NCBI GenBank assembly: GCA_041615815.1
Contig: JBFJCP010000005.1
Span: forward strand, 1 to 64,000
DNA: 64,000 bases
Direction: 5' to 3'
DNA from: Gemmatimonadales bacterium
GTDB lineage: Bacteria; Gemmatimonadota; Gemmatimonadetes; Gemmatimonadales; GWC2-71-9
Numbering within the stretch: position 1 is the first letter of the stretch; every line of letters starts with the position of its first letter. Below, piece after piece: positions 9,080-18,859 of this stretch. Below the pieces are notes generated by a model. That model saw nothing but the letters and a program-made list of their open reading frames with translations, had not been told where the DNA came from and did no database searches. A program made the position numbers and the translations under genes.

Positions 9080-10362
9080 GGCCGGTCCTCCTGCGAGGCG
9101 GACGCGTCATCGATCCATCGCAGTCGCTGGACGACGTCGCGGATGTGCTCATGGCGGACGGCAAGATCGTGGGCCTCGGTTCCAACTTGTCCGCGCCGGA
9201 CGAGGCCCAGATCGTCGAGGTCACGGGCTACGTGGTTGCTCCGGGGTTCGTGGACGTCCACGTGCACCTGCGCGAACCCGGCCGCGAAGACGCGGAGACC
9301 GTGGCGACGGGAGCGAGAGCGGCGGCTAGCGGCGGTTTCACCTCCGTGTGTGCCATGCCCAACACGGACCCGGTCACCGACAACCAGGCGGCGGTGGGGT
9401 TTATCGTGAAACAGAGCGCGGCTGCCGGGGGGGCACGAGTCTACCCAATCGGTGCAATCTCACTCCGGCAAGAGGGGACGCAGCTTGCGGAGTTCGGCGA
9501 ATTGGTGGGGGCGGGTGCGGTGGCCGTGAGCGACGACGGCCGTCCCGTGGTCTCGAGCCAGCTCATGCGGACGGCGCTCGAGTATGCCTCGAGCTTCGGC
9601 ATTCCGGTGGCGGACCACTGCGAGGAGCCCACCCTCGCGGCCGGCGGTGCCATGCACGAGGGCGTCGTGTCGACCAAGTTGGGGCTCAGGGGAATCCCGG
9701 CGGCGGCGGAGGAGATCATGGTGGCGCGCGATATCCTCCTGGCAGAGCTCACGGGTGGCCACGTCCATCTTTGTCATGTTTCGACTCGGGGATCAGTGGA
9801 TCTGATTCGTCGGGCCAAGGAGCGCCACATCAACGTGACGGCAGAGGCTACGCCACACCATTTCGCCCTCACGCACCATGCATGCGAAGGCTACAACACG
9901 AACGCCAAGATGAATCCGCCCCTGCGGGAGGCGGAGGACGTGGAGGCGGTGAGCCAGGGTCTTAAGGACGGTGTGATCGAGATCATCGCCACTGACCACG
10001 CGCCTCATCACTATGAGGAGAAGGAGCGGGAATTCGACGATGCGCCCTTTGGGGTCGTGGGGCTGGAGACCGCACTGGGCCTCGGGATCACTCAGCTGGT
10101 GAAACCGGGCTATCTTTCGCTACCAAAGCTGATTACGCGAATGAGCACGGAGCCGGCCAGGGTGTTTCACCTTCCGGGTGGCACGCTCCGACGCGACGCG
10201 GTGGCGGATGTGGTGGTGTTCGATCCGGAGGCCCATTGGGTGGTGGATCCAGCAGCCTTCCACTCGAAGAGCCGCAACAGCCCATTTGCGGGCTGGACCC
10301 TCCAGGGGCGCGTGGAGCGGACGTATGTGGGGGGGGTGGCGGTCCATGGCCGGGGAGGGTGA
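9076..10362 (+). CDS. pyrC: Dihydroorotase (type I)
   Basis: [29 protein letters not shown] and SKSRNSPF motifs. Confidence 0.96.
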   Translation: MRPVLLRGGRVIDPSQSLDDVADVLMADGKIVGLGSNLSAPDEAQIVEVTGYVVAPGFVDVHVHLREPGREDAETVATGARAAASGGFTSVCAMPNTDPVTDNQAAVGFIVKQSAAAGGARVYPIGAISLRQEGTQLAEFGELVGAGAVAVSDDGRPVVSSQLMRTALEYASSFGIPVADHCEEPTLAAGGAMHEGVVSTKLGLRGIPAAAEEIMVARDILLAELTGGHVHLCHVSTRGSVDLIRRAKERHINVTAEATPHHFALTHHACEGYNTNAKMNPPLREAEDVEAVSQGLKDGVIEIIATDHAPHHYEEKEREFDDAPFGVVGLETALGLGITQLVKPGYLSLPKLITRMSTEPARVFHLPGGTLRRDAVADVVVFDPEAHWVVDPAAFHSKSRNSPFAGWTLQGRVERTYVGGVAVHGRGG

Positions 10363-11040
10363 GTGCGACGCGACATCGCCAAACAGATCGCCTGGTGCTG
10401 CCGCCACATGGCGGACGCGGGGTTGATTGCCGGGCAAGATGGCAACGTGGCCGTCCGTGTGGGTGCGGATCGCGCTCTCGTCACGGCCACGGGGCTCCTG
10501 AAGGCGGCAGTGACGGCGGACGACATCGTCGAGGTGGATCTGAGCGGCCGCCACGTGCGGGGCCAGAAGCGCGCGTCCAGCGAGCTGGACATGCACTTGC
10601 GCATCCTCCGGCACCGCGCAGACGTGGGAGCCGTGGTCCATGCGCACCCGCCGGTGGCCACGGGGTTTGGCGTGGCGGGCGAAGCATTTGACGATTGTGT
10701 GTTGCCTGAACTTATCTTCCAGGTCGGGCACGTCCCCCTGGTCCCGTATGGTACGCCGGGGACGCCGGAGCTCGGGGATCAGATCGAGCCTTATCTGGCC
10801 GATTTCAGCGTGCTCGTGCTGGCCAATCACGGCGCGGTGGCGATGGGTCCGACGCTCACGGATGCGCTGATCCGGATGGAGAGCCTGGAGCACGCGGCCA
10901 AGATCATCTTGACCGCCCGGCTCCTCGGCCGGGTGGTACCGCTGGAACCGGGGCAGGTTCAGCAGTTGGAAGTGTTGCGGCGTGGCCGCAATCTTGCGGA
11001 GCCGTACCCAGGATGCCCCATTCCCGGAGCGGAGGCGTAG
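10363..11040 (+). CDS. Class II aldolase/adducin family protein
   Basis: DGNVAVR, SSELDMH, VVHAHP and LANHG metal-binding motifs. Confidence 0.9.
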   Translation: MRRDIAKQIAWCCRHMADAGLIAGQDGNVAVRVGADRALVTATGLLKAAVTADDIVEVDLSGRHVRGQKRASSELDMHLRILRHRADVGAVVHAHPPVATGFGVAGEAFDDCVLPELIFQVGHVPLVPYGTPGTPELGDQIEPYLADFSVLVLANHGAVAMGPTLTDALIRMESLEHAAKIILTARLLGRVVPLEPGQVQQLEVLRRGRNLAEPYPGCPIPGAEA

Positions 11041-11838
11041 ATGGCGAAGGGATCAGCCAAGTCCACAGCTGAGATTCAGCGGCTTCTCACGGAGAAGCAG
11101 CAGATCGAGCAGTGGCTCGAGCGGCTGAAGATGGCGGCGGACAAGACGCCTCACCATGTGCGGGATCGCGTAGCCGGCGACTACGAAAAGCGCCTGCACG
11201 GCGTGGTGGAGGAGCTCCAAGGGTATCGGGACGAGCTGGCCACGGGTCTCCAGCGGCAGCTCTCCAAGCGCGAGGAGCTGCGGAAACAGGAAGGAGAAGC
11301 GGCCGAGCGTCTGGCGGAAGCGGAACTCAGACACACGGTGGGTGAGTACGACGAGTCGCGGTGGACGGAGCTCAAGACTGGGATCCTCGAGTCGTTGGTG
11401 GAAATCCGAGAAGGTCTGAAAGGGGTGGACAGCGAGATCAAGACCCTGGAGAGCGTCGTCTCGCTCCTCGAGCCCGGCCAGGGCGCCGTGGGCGCGTTTG
11501 GAGACGAGGATGAAGATCAAGGAGAGTCCGCTGGCGTACTCGCGGGAGACGATGGCACGGGGGACGAGGGCGATCACCCACCGGCGGACGCGTTCGACGA
11601 GTTGGCCTTCTTGAAATCCGTTACGGCGGAGAACGCGGCGGCGCCCGCGCCGGAAGGGGAACCGTCGTTTACGGCGGCCATGGCGGAGGACGCCATGCCC
11701 CAGCCCGCGCCGAATCCGCCTCGTCCGTCGGCGCGTACCGCGTCCAAGAAGACCTTGAAGTGTGTTGAGTGTGGGACAATGAACCTTCCCACGGAGTGGT
11801 ACTGCGAGCGCTGCGGCGCTGAGCTCGCGGCGCTCTGA
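11041..11838 (+). CDS. Hypothetical coiled-coil protein with acidic linker and C-terminal zinc ribbon
   Basis: E/L/Q/R-rich heptad helix; CVECGTMN...WYCERCG; starts immediately after the upstream stop. Confidence 0.75.
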   Translation: MAKGSAKSTAEIQRLLTEKQQIEQWLERLKMAADKTPHHVRDRVAGDYEKRLHGVVEELQGYRDELATGLQRQLSKREELRKQEGEAAERLAEAELRHTVGEYDESRWTELKTGILESLVEIREGLKGVDSEIKTLESVVSLLEPGQGAVGAFGDEDEDQGESAGVLAGDDGTGDEGDHPPADAFDELAFLKSVTAENAAAPAPEGEPSFTAAMAEDAMPQPAPNPPRPSARTASKKTLKCVECGTMNLPTEWYCERCGAELAAL

Positions 11839-11844
11839 CGGCCA

Positions 11845-12099
11845 CTACGCCATTCCCGCAACGACCTTGGCCAGCCGGCGTTTGTGCCGGGCGGCCGTGT
11901 TGGGTTTCATGAGGCCCTTGCGGGCTGCGCGATCCAGCAGTTGCTCCGCGTCCCGAAAAGCACGCTGAGCGGCATCGGCCGACGACGCGGCGCGCACATG
12001 CTTGATCGCGGTCCGCACGGCGGAGCGTTGTTTGCGGTTCCGGGTCCTCGATTTCACCGCCTGGCGCATGCGCTTCTTGGCGGAAGCAATGTTCGGCAC
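11845..12099 (-). CDS. rpsT: 30S ribosomal protein S20
   Basis: MPNIASAKKRMRQ...LDRAARKGLMKPNTAARHKRRL; GGAG RBS upstream. Confidence 0.97.
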   Translation of the reverse strand: MPNIASAKKRMRQAVKSRTRNRKQRSAVRTAIKHVRAASSADAAQRAFRDAEQLLDRAARKGLMKPNTAARHKRRLAKVVAGMA

Positions 12100-12143
12100 A
12101 TCAACTCCTTACGGTCCGTCGGTCTCGTCTACAGCGGGCCGGA

Positions 12144-12172
12144 AGTCTATCGCGCAAGTGCTGTTGCGTCAA
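12144..12172 (-). promoter_or_regulatory. Sigma70-type promoter for rpsT
   Basis: Minus strand TTGACG-N17-TAGACT. Confidence 0.6.
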
Positions 12173-12184
12173 GGCTCTACGCCT

Positions 12185-12213
12185 TTGACACTCTCTCCCG
12201 TCGCGGTTAGCTT
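12185..12213 (+). promoter_or_regulatory. Sigma70-type promoter for the scpA...coaX operon
   Basis: TTGACA-N17-TAGCTT, back-to-back with the rpsT promoter. Confidence 0.65.
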
Positions 12214-12497
12214 TCTGCCGCAAACCAACCTACGGAATTCGCGCTCCAGGGTGAAACTGTTGCTCTTCGCGACCTCCGCGCTCCTGATCGATCGAGTGGG
12301 CGCGACGACGTTCGTAGCCAGATGACGAACACTGGCCCCGACCTGATGACCCCCGTCTGGGGCGTTGAGACTCATGTGCCCGGCAATGGTCGAGCGCCGA
12401 GGGCGCGCCACAGCGGGCTGCAGAGTATTGGACGACGCGGCGGCTTCCCACGCATGGGAAGGCGATGGGTCGTCGGAGAGCCGTCTCGTTGTCGGCA

Positions 12498-13238
12498 GTG
12501 AGCGCGCCACCTATCGCCCCAGCGAGCGATACACCGTTCATCGTTCGCCTCGAAGCGTTCTCCGGTCCACTCGATCTCCTGCTGCATCTCATTCGGCACC
12601 AAGAGATCGACATCAGCGACATTCCGATCGCCCAAATTGCCGATCAGTTCTTGGATGCGATCGACGCGCTGGGGCTCAACGAGGCGGCCGATTATCTGGA
12701 GATGGCTGCTCGCCTGTTGCGTATCAAGGTCCAGATGCTGCTTCCTCGTCCATTCGACGAGGACGACTGGGAAGATCCGCGGGCCGAGTTGGTCCGCCGA
12801 TTGCTCGAGTACGAACAGATCCGCGAGCTGGCCTCGTGGTTGGGGACGCAGGCGGAGTTCCGATCAGAGCGGTTCCCCCGCGGATGGATGCCGCCGGGGC
12901 CGGAGCCGGATCCTCCTCCCCTCGTCGTTGATCTGTCCGACCTCCTCGCTGCCGTCGAGCGGGTGGTCGAGGCGATGCCGCAACCTGTGGTCCATCGTGT
13001 CATCCCCCGTCCGCTCGACGTGGAGGGGGCAACGCGCCGCATCGTGGCGCTGATGGAAGAGCGCGCCGAGCTCGACTTCCGCGAGTTATTCACCACCACT
13101 GACATCACCGTCGCCGATGTGATTTCGGCGCTTATTGCGTTGCTCGAACTGGCGCGGACGGGCCACCTAGCCGTGACCCAGCCGCACCCCTTTGGGCGAC
13201 TGATCATCACACGTGCATCGCCGCAGCCAACTGTTTGA
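12498..13238 (+). CDS. scpA: Segregation and condensation protein A
   Basis: FSGPLDLLLHLI, YLEMAARLLRIKVQMLLP and DPRAELVRRLLEY motifs; GTG 12498 preferred (ATG 12465 alternative). Confidence 0.93.
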   Translation: MSAPPIAPASDTPFIVRLEAFSGPLDLLLHLIRHQEIDISDIPIAQIADQFLDAIDALGLNEAADYLEMAARLLRIKVQMLLPRPFDEDDWEDPRAELVRRLLEYEQIRELASWLGTQAEFRSERFPRGWMPPGPEPDPPPLVVDLSDLLAAVERVVEAMPQPVVHRVIPRPLDVEGATRRIVALMEERAELDFRELFTTTDITVADVISALIALLELARTGHLAVTQPHPFGRLIITRASPQPTV

Positions 13239-13764
13239 GGCGGCGCTGTTCTCGGCAGCCCGCCCGTTGAGCCAGGACGATCTGGCGGCACTGGATCGGG
13301 AGGCGACGGCCGAGGAAATCGCCGAGGCCGTCGAGGAGCTCCGTCGTCACTATCAAATGAATGGCGAGCACGGCGTCGAATTGGTGGAGGTCGCCGGGGG
13401 ATTTCAGCTCCTCTCCCGGCCCGAGTTCGCGGATGCCATTGCGCAGGCCCACTTGGTGACGAGGCCGCGGAAGCTGTCCGGGGCGGCACTCGAGACCCTG
13501 GGTGTCATTGCGTACCGCCAGCCGGTGGCGAGGGCGGAGATCGAGGAGATTCGGGGGGTCTCGGTCGAGGGCGTGTTGCGCTCGCTCCAAGATCGAGGAC
13601 TCATTGACGTCGTGGGACGGGCCGAAGGGATGGGACGACCGCTGCTCTACGGCACCACCCAAACGTTCCTGGAGCTTCTCGGTTTGGGTTCCTTGGACGA
13701 ATTGCCGAGAGTGGAAGAACTTTCGGTAGCGCTCCGGCCGCTCGCGGAGATGGGTGAATTGTGA
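13213..13764 (+). CDS. scpB: SMC-Scp complex subunit ScpB
   Basis: EAALF, LETLGVIAYRQPV, IEEIRGV and GRPLLYGTT motifs. Confidence 0.95.
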   Translation: MHRRSQLFEAALFSAARPLSQDDLAALDREATAEEIAEAVEELRRHYQMNGEHGVELVEVAGGFQLLSRPEFADAIAQAHLVTRPRKLSGAALETLGVIAYRQPVARAEIEEIRGVSVEGVLRSLQDRGLIDVVGRAEGMGRPLLYGTTQTFLELLGLGSLDELPRVEELSVALRPLAEMGEL

Positions 13765-14486
13765 GCGTGATGCGGTTGCAGCGGGCGCTCGCCCGCGCTG
13801 GTGTTGCCTCGCGTCGGGCCTCAGAAGAGCTGATCCGAGCGGGCCGCGTGCGGGTCAATGGCGAGGTGGCGCATTTGGGAATGAGCGTCGATCCGCACAC
13901 GGATGTCGTGACCGTCCGCGGCCGACGTGTTCGGGCCCCAGCCATCACGTGGATCGCGTTACACAAGCCGATTGGATACGTGGTGACCCGCCGGGATCCC
14001 CGAGGCCGTCGCACGGTCTTCGAATTGGTGCCCGAGGTCCCAGGGCTGACCTACGTGGGGCGGCTGGATGTCATGACGTCGGGGTTGCTGTTGTTGACGA
14101 CGGACGGTGAGGCCGCGCATCGATTGATGCATCCGCGGTTCGCGGTAGAGCGGACGTATCGGGTCCTGGTTCACGGACGCTCCGAGAGCCAGATCCGCGC
14201 GGCCCTCGATGCCGGCGTGAGCATCGATGGGCGTCCTGTGCGGATCGTCCAATACCGGCTGCGGCCCGCAGAGGGCCGATCGCTCGATCTTCAACTCACG
14301 CTGGCCGAGGGACGGTATCGCATCGTGCGGCGGATCTGCGATCGCCTCGGGCTCAAGGTGGAACGGCTCACCCGGCTCAGCTACGGTCCCATTCGGCTGG
14401 GCAAACTCGAGACGGGGAACTGGCGATATCTCTCGCAGGCTGAGCGGAAGGCGCTGCGCGCCCAAGGCGTCGCCGCCGCTTCGTGA
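13761..14486 (+). CDS. rluB: rRNA pseudouridine synthase (RluB/RsuA family) with S4 domain
   Basis: RLQRALARAGVASRR, HKPIG and VGRLD motifs; canonical position after scpB. Confidence 0.88.
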   Translation: MSVMRLQRALARAGVASRRASEELIRAGRVRVNGEVAHLGMSVDPHTDVVTVRGRRVRAPAITWIALHKPIGYVVTRRDPRGRRTVFELVPEVPGLTYVGRLDVMTSGLLLLTTDGEAAHRLMHPRFAVERTYRVLVHGRSESQIRAALDAGVSIDGRPVRIVQYRLRPAEGRSLDLQLTLAEGRYRIVRRICDRLGLKVERLTRLSYGPIRLGKLETGNWRYLSQAERKALRAQGVAAAS

Positions 14487-14492
14487 GGTGGA

Positions 14493-16127
14493 ATGGATCT
14501 CGAGAATAAGCGTATTCTGATCTTAGGAGGAAGCGGCCTGGTGGGGCAGGCCGTGGCGCGCCGGCTGCTACAGTTTCGGCCGGCGCTGCTGGGATTGGTG
14601 GCACTCCGAGAGGAAGAAGTCCAGACGGCCTCCGACGCACTTGCGCCGTTCGCCGGCGACACGGCCATCGAGACGGCTTGGGGGGATGTCTTTCTTCCTG
14701 CCGACGTCGCTCAGCGCGGGCGGGGGGCCGTGCTCTCGGATCCGTCGTTGCGTGCCAGAGTTCTTCGTGATCTCCTGGAGGAGCTCACGACCGCCATCGT
14801 GGAGCGCAGCTACCTCTTCCAGCTCTTTCAACGGTTTCGACCGGACGCGGTAGTCGACAGCATCAATACGGCCACGGCCTTCGCCTACCAAGACGTCTTC
14901 GCCAGTGCCCGTCGGCTCATCGAGGCCGGCGCGCAGGGGGGAGCCACCAAGGATATGGTGGAAGCCCATGTTCTGACGATTCCCACGCCACAGCTCATCC
15001 GGCACATGCAGATCCTGGTCGAGGCTATGCGGGTAACGCACACCAAAGCGTACGTGAAGATCGGAACAAGCGGCACTGGTGGGATGGGATTCAATGTTCC
15101 CTATACACATTCCGAAGAGCGGCCCTCGCGCACGTTGCTCACGAAATCAGCCATGGCGGGCGCGCATTCGCTCCTATTGTTCCTGCTTGGTCGCACTCCC
15201 GGTGCGCCGGCAACGGTCGAGATCAAGCCGACGGCCACCATCGCCTGGAAGGATCTCTGCTTTGGGCCTATTCGACGCCACGGTGGGCCCATCAAGCGAT
15301 TCGACTGTCCCTCGCCCATTCCACTGGCCCGCGCGTTTGGCGCGGATGCCGTTGGGTGGAGCGACACAGGAGAAGTAATCGAGTCGGTGTTCGCTGATGT
15401 GGGGGAGAACGGGGTGTTTGCGCGTGACGAGTTCGAAACGGTCACCGCCCTGGGGCAAATGGAGTTCATTACGCCTCAAGAGATTGCCGATTATGTCGTG
15501 ATGGAGCTCCAGGGTCGGCCAACGGGGCGGGATATCGTAGCGGCCCTCGATGCGTCCACAGCGGGACCAACGTACCGGGCGGGCATCCTCCGCGATGCCG
15601 CCGTGGCCCGGCTCCGTCAGCTGGAGGCAGAGCATCAGGTGCGATCGGTGGCGTTCGAGATGCTGGGACCCCCTCGGCTCACGAAACTGCTCTACGAAGC
15701 GCATCTCTGGTCCCGCCTGCGTGGCTCCGTCCGTGAGCTCGCCAACAGCAAATCCAAGGCGCTCGCCAACGAGGCGGCGGCACTCCTCGCCAGTGACCGT
15801 GAGCTGCGGTCGGTGATCGTGTCGATTGGTCTTCCGGTGATCCTTCCCGGTCCCGAGGTTTATAGGGGTGGGGAGGTGTTGATGCCACCAGACGGCGACG
15901 ATCTGGATCGTGTCGTGGCGCGAGGGTGGGTCGATGTGCGGCCGGCGAACTGCGAGGTCTGGATCGAACGGGCGCGGCGTGTCGTGGGACAGGCCCATGA
16001 CCGGCTGCCGGAAGACGGGAGCGGTATGGAATGGAACGCGATGAGTCCTGACGACCAGATCGTGCCCTCTCGGTTCGCGACCTGGATCTTCCGGCACGAG
16101 GATGATGGGGAGCGGATCAAACGATGA
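14493..16127 (+). CDS. Uncharacterised NAD(P)-binding Rossmann-fold (short-chain dehydrogenase-like) protein
   Basis: ILILGGSGLVG dinucleotide-binding motif; second Gly-rich motif KIGTSGTGGMG; 544 aa; GAGGTG RBS. Confidence 0.7.
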   Translation: MDLENKRILILGGSGLVGQAVARRLLQFRPALLGLVALREEEVQTASDALAPFAGDTAIETAWGDVFLPADVAQRGRGAVLSDPSLRARVLRDLLEELTTAIVERSYLFQLFQRFRPDAVVDSINTATAFAYQDVFASARRLIEAGAQGGATKDMVEAHVLTIPTPQLIRHMQILVEAMRVTHTKAYVKIGTSGTGGMGFNVPYTHSEERPSRTLLTKSAMAGAHSLLLFLLGRTPGAPATVEIKPTATIAWKDLCFGPIRRHGGPIKRFDCPSPIPLARAFGADAVGWSDTGEVIESVFADVGENGVFARDEFETVTALGQMEFITPQEIADYVVMELQGRPTGRDIVAALDASTAGPTYRAGILRDAAVARLRQLEAEHQVRSVAFEMLGPPRLTKLLYEAHLWSRLRGSVRELANSKSKALANEAAALLASDRELRSVIVSIGLPVILPGPEVYRGGEVLMPPDGDDLDRVVARGWVDVRPANCEVWIERARRVVGQAHDRLPEDGSGMEWNAMSPDDQIVPSRFATWIFRHEDDGERIKR

Positions 16128-16158
16128 TGCAGCTGGACCGGGAACGGGAGACCCCTGA

Positions 16159-17133
16159 ATGACCTCGAGGGCCGTGCAGACGGGCGACCCGCCCGTCACT
16201 GTCGCCATCGTCGACGAAGTCGCCAAACGCGTCGTCGGGCAGGATGCCATGGTGGAGCGCCTGTTGATAGGGCTCCTCGCGGGCGGCCACCTCCTGCTCG
16301 AAGGTGTCCCCGGACTGGCAAAGACACTGGCGGTGCGAACGCTTGCCGAAACGATCCGCACGACCTTTCAGCGCATCCAGTTCACTCCTGACCTGCTTCC
16401 GGCGGACGTCATTGGCACGATGGTGTTCGATCAACGGACCGGCGAGTTTCGTCCCAAACGGGGACCGTTGTTCGCCAATATCGTCCTGGCTGACGAGATC
16501 AATCGCGCGCCCGCGAAGGTGCAGTCCGCGCTGCTCGAGGCCATGCAGGAGAAGCAGGTCACCATTGGCGGCGAGACCTATCCGTTGTCGGAGCCGTTCC
16601 TCGTACTGGCCACGCAGAATCCCATCGAGCAAGAAGGGACCTACCCGCTGCCGGAAGCCCAGCTCGACCGGTTCATGCTGAAGATCAAAGTAGGCTATCC
16701 GTCGCGTGACGAAGAGAAGGAAATCCTGTGGCGCATGGCGGGCGGGCAGGCCATCCCGGTCTCCCGCGTGGCGGGACCGGAGGACATCCTGGCTCTGCGT
16801 CGCACCGTGGCCGAACTGTACATGGACCAGAAAATCGTCGACTACATCGTCGACATCGTGCGGGCAACGCGAGCTCCCCAGGGTGTTGGGCTGCATGACG
16901 TCAAGCCGCTCATCGCCTACGGGGCGAGCCCCCGGGCGTCCATCTATTTGGCGCAGGCGGCACGCGCGCATGCCTACGTCCGAAGCCGGTCCTACGTGGT
17001 CCCCGAAGACGTGAAAGCCATGGCACCGGACGTGCTGCGGCACCGCGTCCTCCTGACGTTCGAGGCCGAGGCCGAAGATGCCACGTCGGACGACATCATC
17101 GGCAAGATCCTGGAGGCAGTCGACGTCCCGTGA
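16159..17133 (+). CDS. moxR: MoxR family AAA+ ATPase
   Basis: EGVPGLAKT, RIQFTPDLLPAD, LADEINRAP and ATQNPIEQEGTYPLPEAQLDRF motifs. Confidence 0.96.
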   Translation: MTSRAVQTGDPPVTVAIVDEVAKRVVGQDAMVERLLIGLLAGGHLLLEGVPGLAKTLAVRTLAETIRTTFQRIQFTPDLLPADVIGTMVFDQRTGEFRPKRGPLFANIVLADEINRAPAKVQSALLEAMQEKQVTIGGETYPLSEPFLVLATQNPIEQEGTYPLPEAQLDRFMLKIKVGYPSRDEEKEILWRMAGGQAIPVSRVAGPEDILALRRTVAELYMDQKIVDYIVDIVRATRAPQGVGLHDVKPLIAYGASPRASIYLAQAARAHAYVRSRSYVVPEDVKAMAPDVLRHRVLLTFEAEAEDATSDDIIGKILEAVDVP

Positions 17134-18026
17134 AGGTCGGCACCGGCGCGATCAGCCCCGACGTACTCCGCCAAGTCAAGACCATTGAGCTCCGCACCCG
17201 GCGGTTGGTCAATACGCTCTTCGCCGGCGAATACCGCTCCGTCTTCCGCGGTCAGGGGATGGAGTTTTCCGAAGTGCGTGCGTATCAACACGGCGACGAT
17301 TTCCGTTCCATCGACTGGAATGTCTCGGCCCGGATGGGCTCACCCTACGTGAAGATCTTCGAGGAGGAACGCGAGCTCACGCTGCTCCTCGTCGTGGACC
17401 GATCCGGGTCGTTCGAGTTTGGATCGCCACTGGCGAAGTCGGAGCTCGGGGTGGAGGTCGCGGCGGTCCTGGCGTTGGCGGCCGCCCGACAGGACGATCG
17501 CGTGGGCGCCCTCGTGTTCTCCACGAGAGTTGACCACGTGGTTCGTCCCGCCAAGGGGAGACGCCACGCCCTCCGGGTCATTCGAGATCTGCTCGCGTTC
17601 CGCCCGGACGAGCGCGGGACGAATCTGGCCGCCGCGCTCGTGTACGCGTCACGTCTCCTACGCCATCGCGGCGTGGTGGTGGTGCTTTCCGATTTTCGGG
17701 CGGCGGGTTGGGAGGAACACCTCCAACGACTGGCGGCGAAGAATGACGTCGTGGCCATCACGGTGGACGATCCCAGGGAATACACGCTCCCCGAGTCCGG
17801 CTGGGTAGAGGTCGAGGATGCAGAGTCGGGGGTGCGAACGTTGGTGGACACCTCACATGAGCCCACCAGGCTCGGGCTGGCCATGGCAGCGGAGGAACGG
17901 CGGCTGGCGCGCGCGCGCGCGTTCAAGCAGGCCAGAGTGGATCACGTGGCCCTGCGGACGGACCGCCCTTACGCCGAGGCGCTGCATCGCGCGTTCGCGG
18001 CCAGAGCCCGGAGACTCCAGCGGTGA
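17130..18026 (+). CDS. DUF58 family protein
   Basis: GEYRSVFRGQGMEFSEVRAYQHGDD, IDWNVSAR and VLSDF motifs. Confidence 0.93.
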   Translation: MKVGTGAISPDVLRQVKTIELRTRRLVNTLFAGEYRSVFRGQGMEFSEVRAYQHGDDFRSIDWNVSARMGSPYVKIFEEERELTLLLVVDRSGSFEFGSPLAKSELGVEVAAVLALAAARQDDRVGALVFSTRVDHVVRPAKGRRHALRVIRDLLAFRPDERGTNLAAALVYASRLLRHRGVVVVLSDFRAAGWEEHLQRLAAKNDVVAITVDDPREYTLPESGWVEVEDAESGVRTLVDTSHEPTRLGLAMAAEERRLARARAFKQARVDHVALRTDRPYAEALHRAFAARARRLQR

Positions 18027-18859
18027 TGGGCGTCCTCGCCTTGCTCGTGGTCCAGGCGGCGTCCTGGCAGATCACGCCGGACTCCGTGACCGTGGGTGAT
18101 ACCGTATGGATCGAACAGCGCATCGCAGTGGGTGCCGGTGCTCGTGCTCGCGTCGAGCCCTTCGAGCCGACCGAGACGGTGGAGCCATTGATGGGGCCGG
18201 CGGTGGAGTCGAAAGGGGACGTGTTGGTGATTCGGTACGCCGTGGCACTGTTCGAGCCGGGACGCATCACGTTGACCTTGCCGGCTATTGAGGTGCAATA
18301 CCCGGATGGCCGCGCGACGCCGGTACCAGCCACCACCACCGCGGTCACCGTGTGGTCGGTGCTGCCGCAAACGGACCCACGACCGGATCCCAAGCCCTCC
18401 CTCGGTCCGTTTCCACGTTTCCCCACCCGATGGCTTCCGCTCGTGCTCCTTGTGGGCGTCGTGCTCGCCGCGCTCGTGGGCTGGGCGATCCGGCGTCAGT
18501 GGCCCCGCCCCCGGCCAGTGTGGCGGACGCGCGCCCACGGTGAAGGAGCGGCGCCCACGGAGCTATGGGCGGAGGCCGGCGAGCCCCGCGCGGTCGCCGC
18601 CGCGGTGGCGGCAGCCCTCCGGTCGCGTATGGCAGAAGAGTTGCCGGCGGCGGCGAAGCATCTCGAGGTCGGTTCTTGCCTCGAGGTCATCGAGCGCGAT
18701 AAACCGGACTGGCCGGTGCGCGAGCTTCGCGAGGTGCTGACCGCCCTGGACCGGGTGCGGTTTGCGCCAGCGGTGTCGAATGAGATCCGGGACTTGACCC
18801 GGCGCGCCGAGGCACTGGCGGACGAGCTCCAAGGAACGGCAAGCGAGGTAGCGTCGTGA
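18026..18859 (+). CDS. Hypothetical membrane protein of the MoxR/Bat operon
   Basis: Signal-like N-terminus, beta-rich domain, one TM helix; lies between DUF58 and the batA-like gene with overlapping junctions. Confidence 0.7.
   Translation: MGVLALLVVQAASWQITPDSVTVGDTVWIEQRIAVGAGARARVEPFEPTETVEPLMGPAVESKGDVLVIRYAVALFEPGRITLTLPAIEVQYPDGRATPVPATTTAVTVWSVLPQTDPRPDPKPSLGPFPRFPTRWLPLVLLVGVVLAALVGWAIRRQWPRPRPVWRTRAHGEGAAPTELWAEAGEPRAVAAAVAAALRSRMAEELPAAAKHLEVGSCLEVIERDKPDWPVRELREVLTALDRVRFAPAVSNEIRDLTRRAEALADELQGTASEVAS

Noticed and set aside
12230..12510. Minus-strand ADNETAL resembling a tmRNA tag, with nearby pseudoknot-like pairings
   Set aside because: The frame does not end in AA-stop and no tRNA-like acceptor or T-arm ends are present.
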